A stretch of 64,000 nt of DNA from an uncultured Candidatus Binatia bacterium (GTDB lineage: Bacteria; Desulfobacterota; Binatia; UBA9968; JAJDTQ01). Under the pieces are notes generated by a model that was not told the origin of the DNA, searched no databases, and saw only the letters and a list, made by a program, of their open reading frames with translations. How positions within the stretch are numbered: position 1 is the stretch's first letter; each line of letters begins with the position of its first letter. Shown one piece after another: positions 62,508 to 64,000 of this stretch. A program made the translations under genes and the position numbers. Where the stretch lies: the NCBI GenBank assembly GCA_965214905.1, contig OZ243984.1, positions 2,518,003 to 2,582,002 on the forward strand, read 5' to 3'.

Positions 62508-64000
62508 ATGGAAGACAAAGACAACGGGCCGGACTCGATTCGCCTGAACGAGACCTCCGCTCCGGCGCCGGATCCCGAGGATGCATCGGACGAGAGTTTC
62601 CTCGGTGCTCCCTGGTGGGAGGTGGGGGCGGCGGCCGAGGACGAGCCCGAGGTCGAGGAGCCGGCTCCTGGTGCGCCCCGTATGTACAGAGGGGTGCGGT
62701 ACGGCGAGGCCGTTCCCGAGCCCGGGTCCCGGACGCCGCAAGAGCCGGACCGCGGCCATGAGCTGGCGGACCCGTCCGTGCTGGCCGCGATGTCGGAGGA
62801 CCGAACGGCCGTCCCTTCCGCGGCGGGAGGGGAGGCGCAGGAACCCGTCCCCGGTGCTCCCTGGTGGGAGGTGGGGGCGAGGCCCGAGGCGGCGGCCAAG
62901 GACAAGCCCGAGTCCGGTGCCGTTCCCGAGTCCGAGGTTGAGGTCGATGCCGGGGAAGGTCGCGGGGAGCCGGCCTTGGGTGCGTCCTATATGCACAGGG
63001 GGGTGTGGTACGGCGAGGCCGTTCCCGATGCCGGGTCCCGGACGCCGCAAGAGCCGGACCGCGGCCATGAGCCGGCGGACCCGTCGGTGCCGGCCGCGAT
63101 GTCGGAGGACCGAACGGCCGTCCCTTCCGCGGCGGGAGGGGAGGCGCAGGAACCCGTCCCGGATCCTCCCTGGTGGGAGGTGGGGGCGACGGCCGAGGCG
63201 GCGGCCGTGGACAAGCCCGAGCCCGATGCCGTTCCCGAGTCCGAGGTTGAGGTCGATGCCGGGGGAGGTCGCGGGGAGCCGGCCTTGGGCGCGTCCTATA
63301 TGCACAGGGGGGTGTGGTACGGCGAGTCCGTTCCCGATGCCGGGTCCCGGACGCTGCAAGAGCCGGACCGCGGCCATGAGCCGGCGGACCCGTCGGTGCC
63401 GGCCGCGATGTCGGAGGACCGAACGGCCGTCCCTTCCGCGGCGGGAGGGGAGGCGCAGGAACCCGTCCCCGGTGCTCCCTGGTGGGAGGTGGGGGCGACG
63501 CCCGAGGCGGCGCCCGAGGACAAGCTCGATGCCGATGCCGATGTCGTTCCCGAGCCCGATGCCGATGCCGTTCCCGATGCCGAGCCCGAGTCCGAGTCTG
63601 TTCCCGAGTCCGAGGTTGAGGAGGTGGGGGCGACGCCCGAGGACAAGCTCGATGCCGATGCCAATGTCGTTCCCGAGCCCGATGCCGTTCCCGAGTCCGA
63701 GATCGAGCCCGATGCCGGGGAAGATCACGGGGAGCCGGCCCTGGAGCCTCCTGCTTCTCAGGCCGACTTGCCCGCGGCGGCGGAAGCGCTTCCCGAAGGT
63801 CCGCCCGCCGACCTGATTCGCTCGATTGTCGCCGAGGTCTGTCCCGGCGAGATGCTGCTGGTGGACACGGCCGAGGCTCCCTTGCCGGAGTGGGCTCGCG
63901 CGGCCGTGACCATGGCCCGGAACGACCTGGACCGGCGCCTGGCCGAGCGCAGGCCCATCGATGTGAATGAACATCTACGGCTGGCCATCGTCGAGAACGT
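62508..64000 (+). CDS. repeat-rich acidic Pro/Glu/Ala protein with reiterated GAPWWEVGA motifs (3'-partial; continues beyond window)
   Basis: The frame-3 ORF runs from ATG 62508 with no stop to the window end. This is why it is absent from the complete-ORF track. It carries roughly 103-aa tandem repeats and then a non-repetitive C-terminal region (…DLIRSIVAEVCPGEMLLVDTAEAPLPEWARAAVTMARNDLDRRLAERRPIDVNEHLRLAIVEN). Confidence 0.6.
   Translation, partial: MEDKDNGPDSIRLNETSAPAPDPEDASDESFLGAPWWEVGAAAEDEPEVEEPAPGAPRMYRGVRYGEAVPEPGSRTPQEPDRGHELADPSVLAAMSEDRTAVPSAAGGEAQEPVPGAPWWEVGARPEAAAKDKPESGAVPESEVEVDAGEGRGEPALGASYMHRGVWYGEAVPDAGSRTPQEPDRGHEPADPSVPAAMSEDRTAVPSAAGGEAQEPVPDPPWWEVGATAEAAAVDKPEPDAVPESEVEVDAGGGRGEPALGASYMHRGVWYGESVPDAGSRTLQEPDRGHEPADPSVPAAMSEDRTAVPSAAGGEAQEPVPGAPWWEVGATPEAAPEDKLDADADVVPEPDADAVPDAEPESESVPESEVEEVGATPEDKLDADANVVPEPDAVPESEIEPDAGEDHGEPALEPPASQADLPAAAEALPEGPPADLIRSIVAEVCPGEMLLVDTAEAPLPEWARAAVTMARNDLDRRLAERRPIDVNEHLRLAIVEN
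62606..63600. repeat. tandem DNA repeat, roughly 310-bp unit x about 3.3, inside the acidic-protein gene
   Basis: The anchors ccctggtgggaggtggggg recur at 62606, 62856, 63167 and 63477. Flanking sequence is near-identical between units. Confidence 0.85.

Noticed and set aside
1-64000. tRNA, rRNA or other canonical ncRNA genes.
   Set aside because: No cloverleaf-compatible segments or rRNA-like conserved blocks were recognised on manual inspection of the intergenic regions (1728-2110, 15750-16055, 32914-33574, 45149-45288, 56420-56636, 62209-62507). A tRNAscan/Infernal run would be needed for certainty.

Overview
This is a high-G+C bacterial chromosomal segment (about two-thirds G+C by eye), dominated by metabolic and transport genes. 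These include TTT and TRAP transporters, a hydantoinase-B-like enzyme, amidohydrolases, cupins, a UbiD decarboxylase, an acyl-CoA synthetase, a xanthine-dehydrogenase-family subunit, a 2-oxoacid dehydrogenase E1 alpha/beta pair and an ammonium transporter. Two visibly lower-G+C insertions stand out.

The first, roughly 15.75-29.2 kb, carries a type I-C-like CRISPR-Cas locus. The cas genes are in a non-canonical order (cas5-cas8c-cas7-cas3-X-cas4-cas1-cas2 on the minus strand) and the array has 7 repeats of 37 bp. A small retropepsin-like ORF (X) is translationally coupled between cas3 and cas4. A three-gene cassette of unknown function at the trailer end of the array includes a protein with a PD-(D/E)xK motif and one with P-loop-like motifs.

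The second, roughly 48.8-53.2 kb, carries a compact ubiquitin-like conjugation operon: a Multiubiquitin-type beta-grasp protein, an E2-like protein and a JAB(JAMM)-E1 fusion. It has a divergent XRE-family HTH regulator with a near-palindromic operator. A convergent 528-aa unknown protein sits downstream, preceded by a small RHH-like gene.

Other notable elements:
- a HEPN(Rx4H)/nucleotidyltransferase pair;
- a degraded CopG-MazF toxin-antitoxin remnant;
- a roughly 145-bp MITE-like element in three copies, two of them flanking a PilX-like gene;
- a dispersed REP-like palindromic repeat in five intergenic copies;
- several tandem and inverted repeats in regulatory positions;
- a 3'-partial gene for an acidic protein built from roughly 310-bp tandem repeats.

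No rRNA or tRNA genes were recognised. All coordinates and family assignments come from reading the sequence and the ORF translations and remain to be verified by similarity and profile searches.
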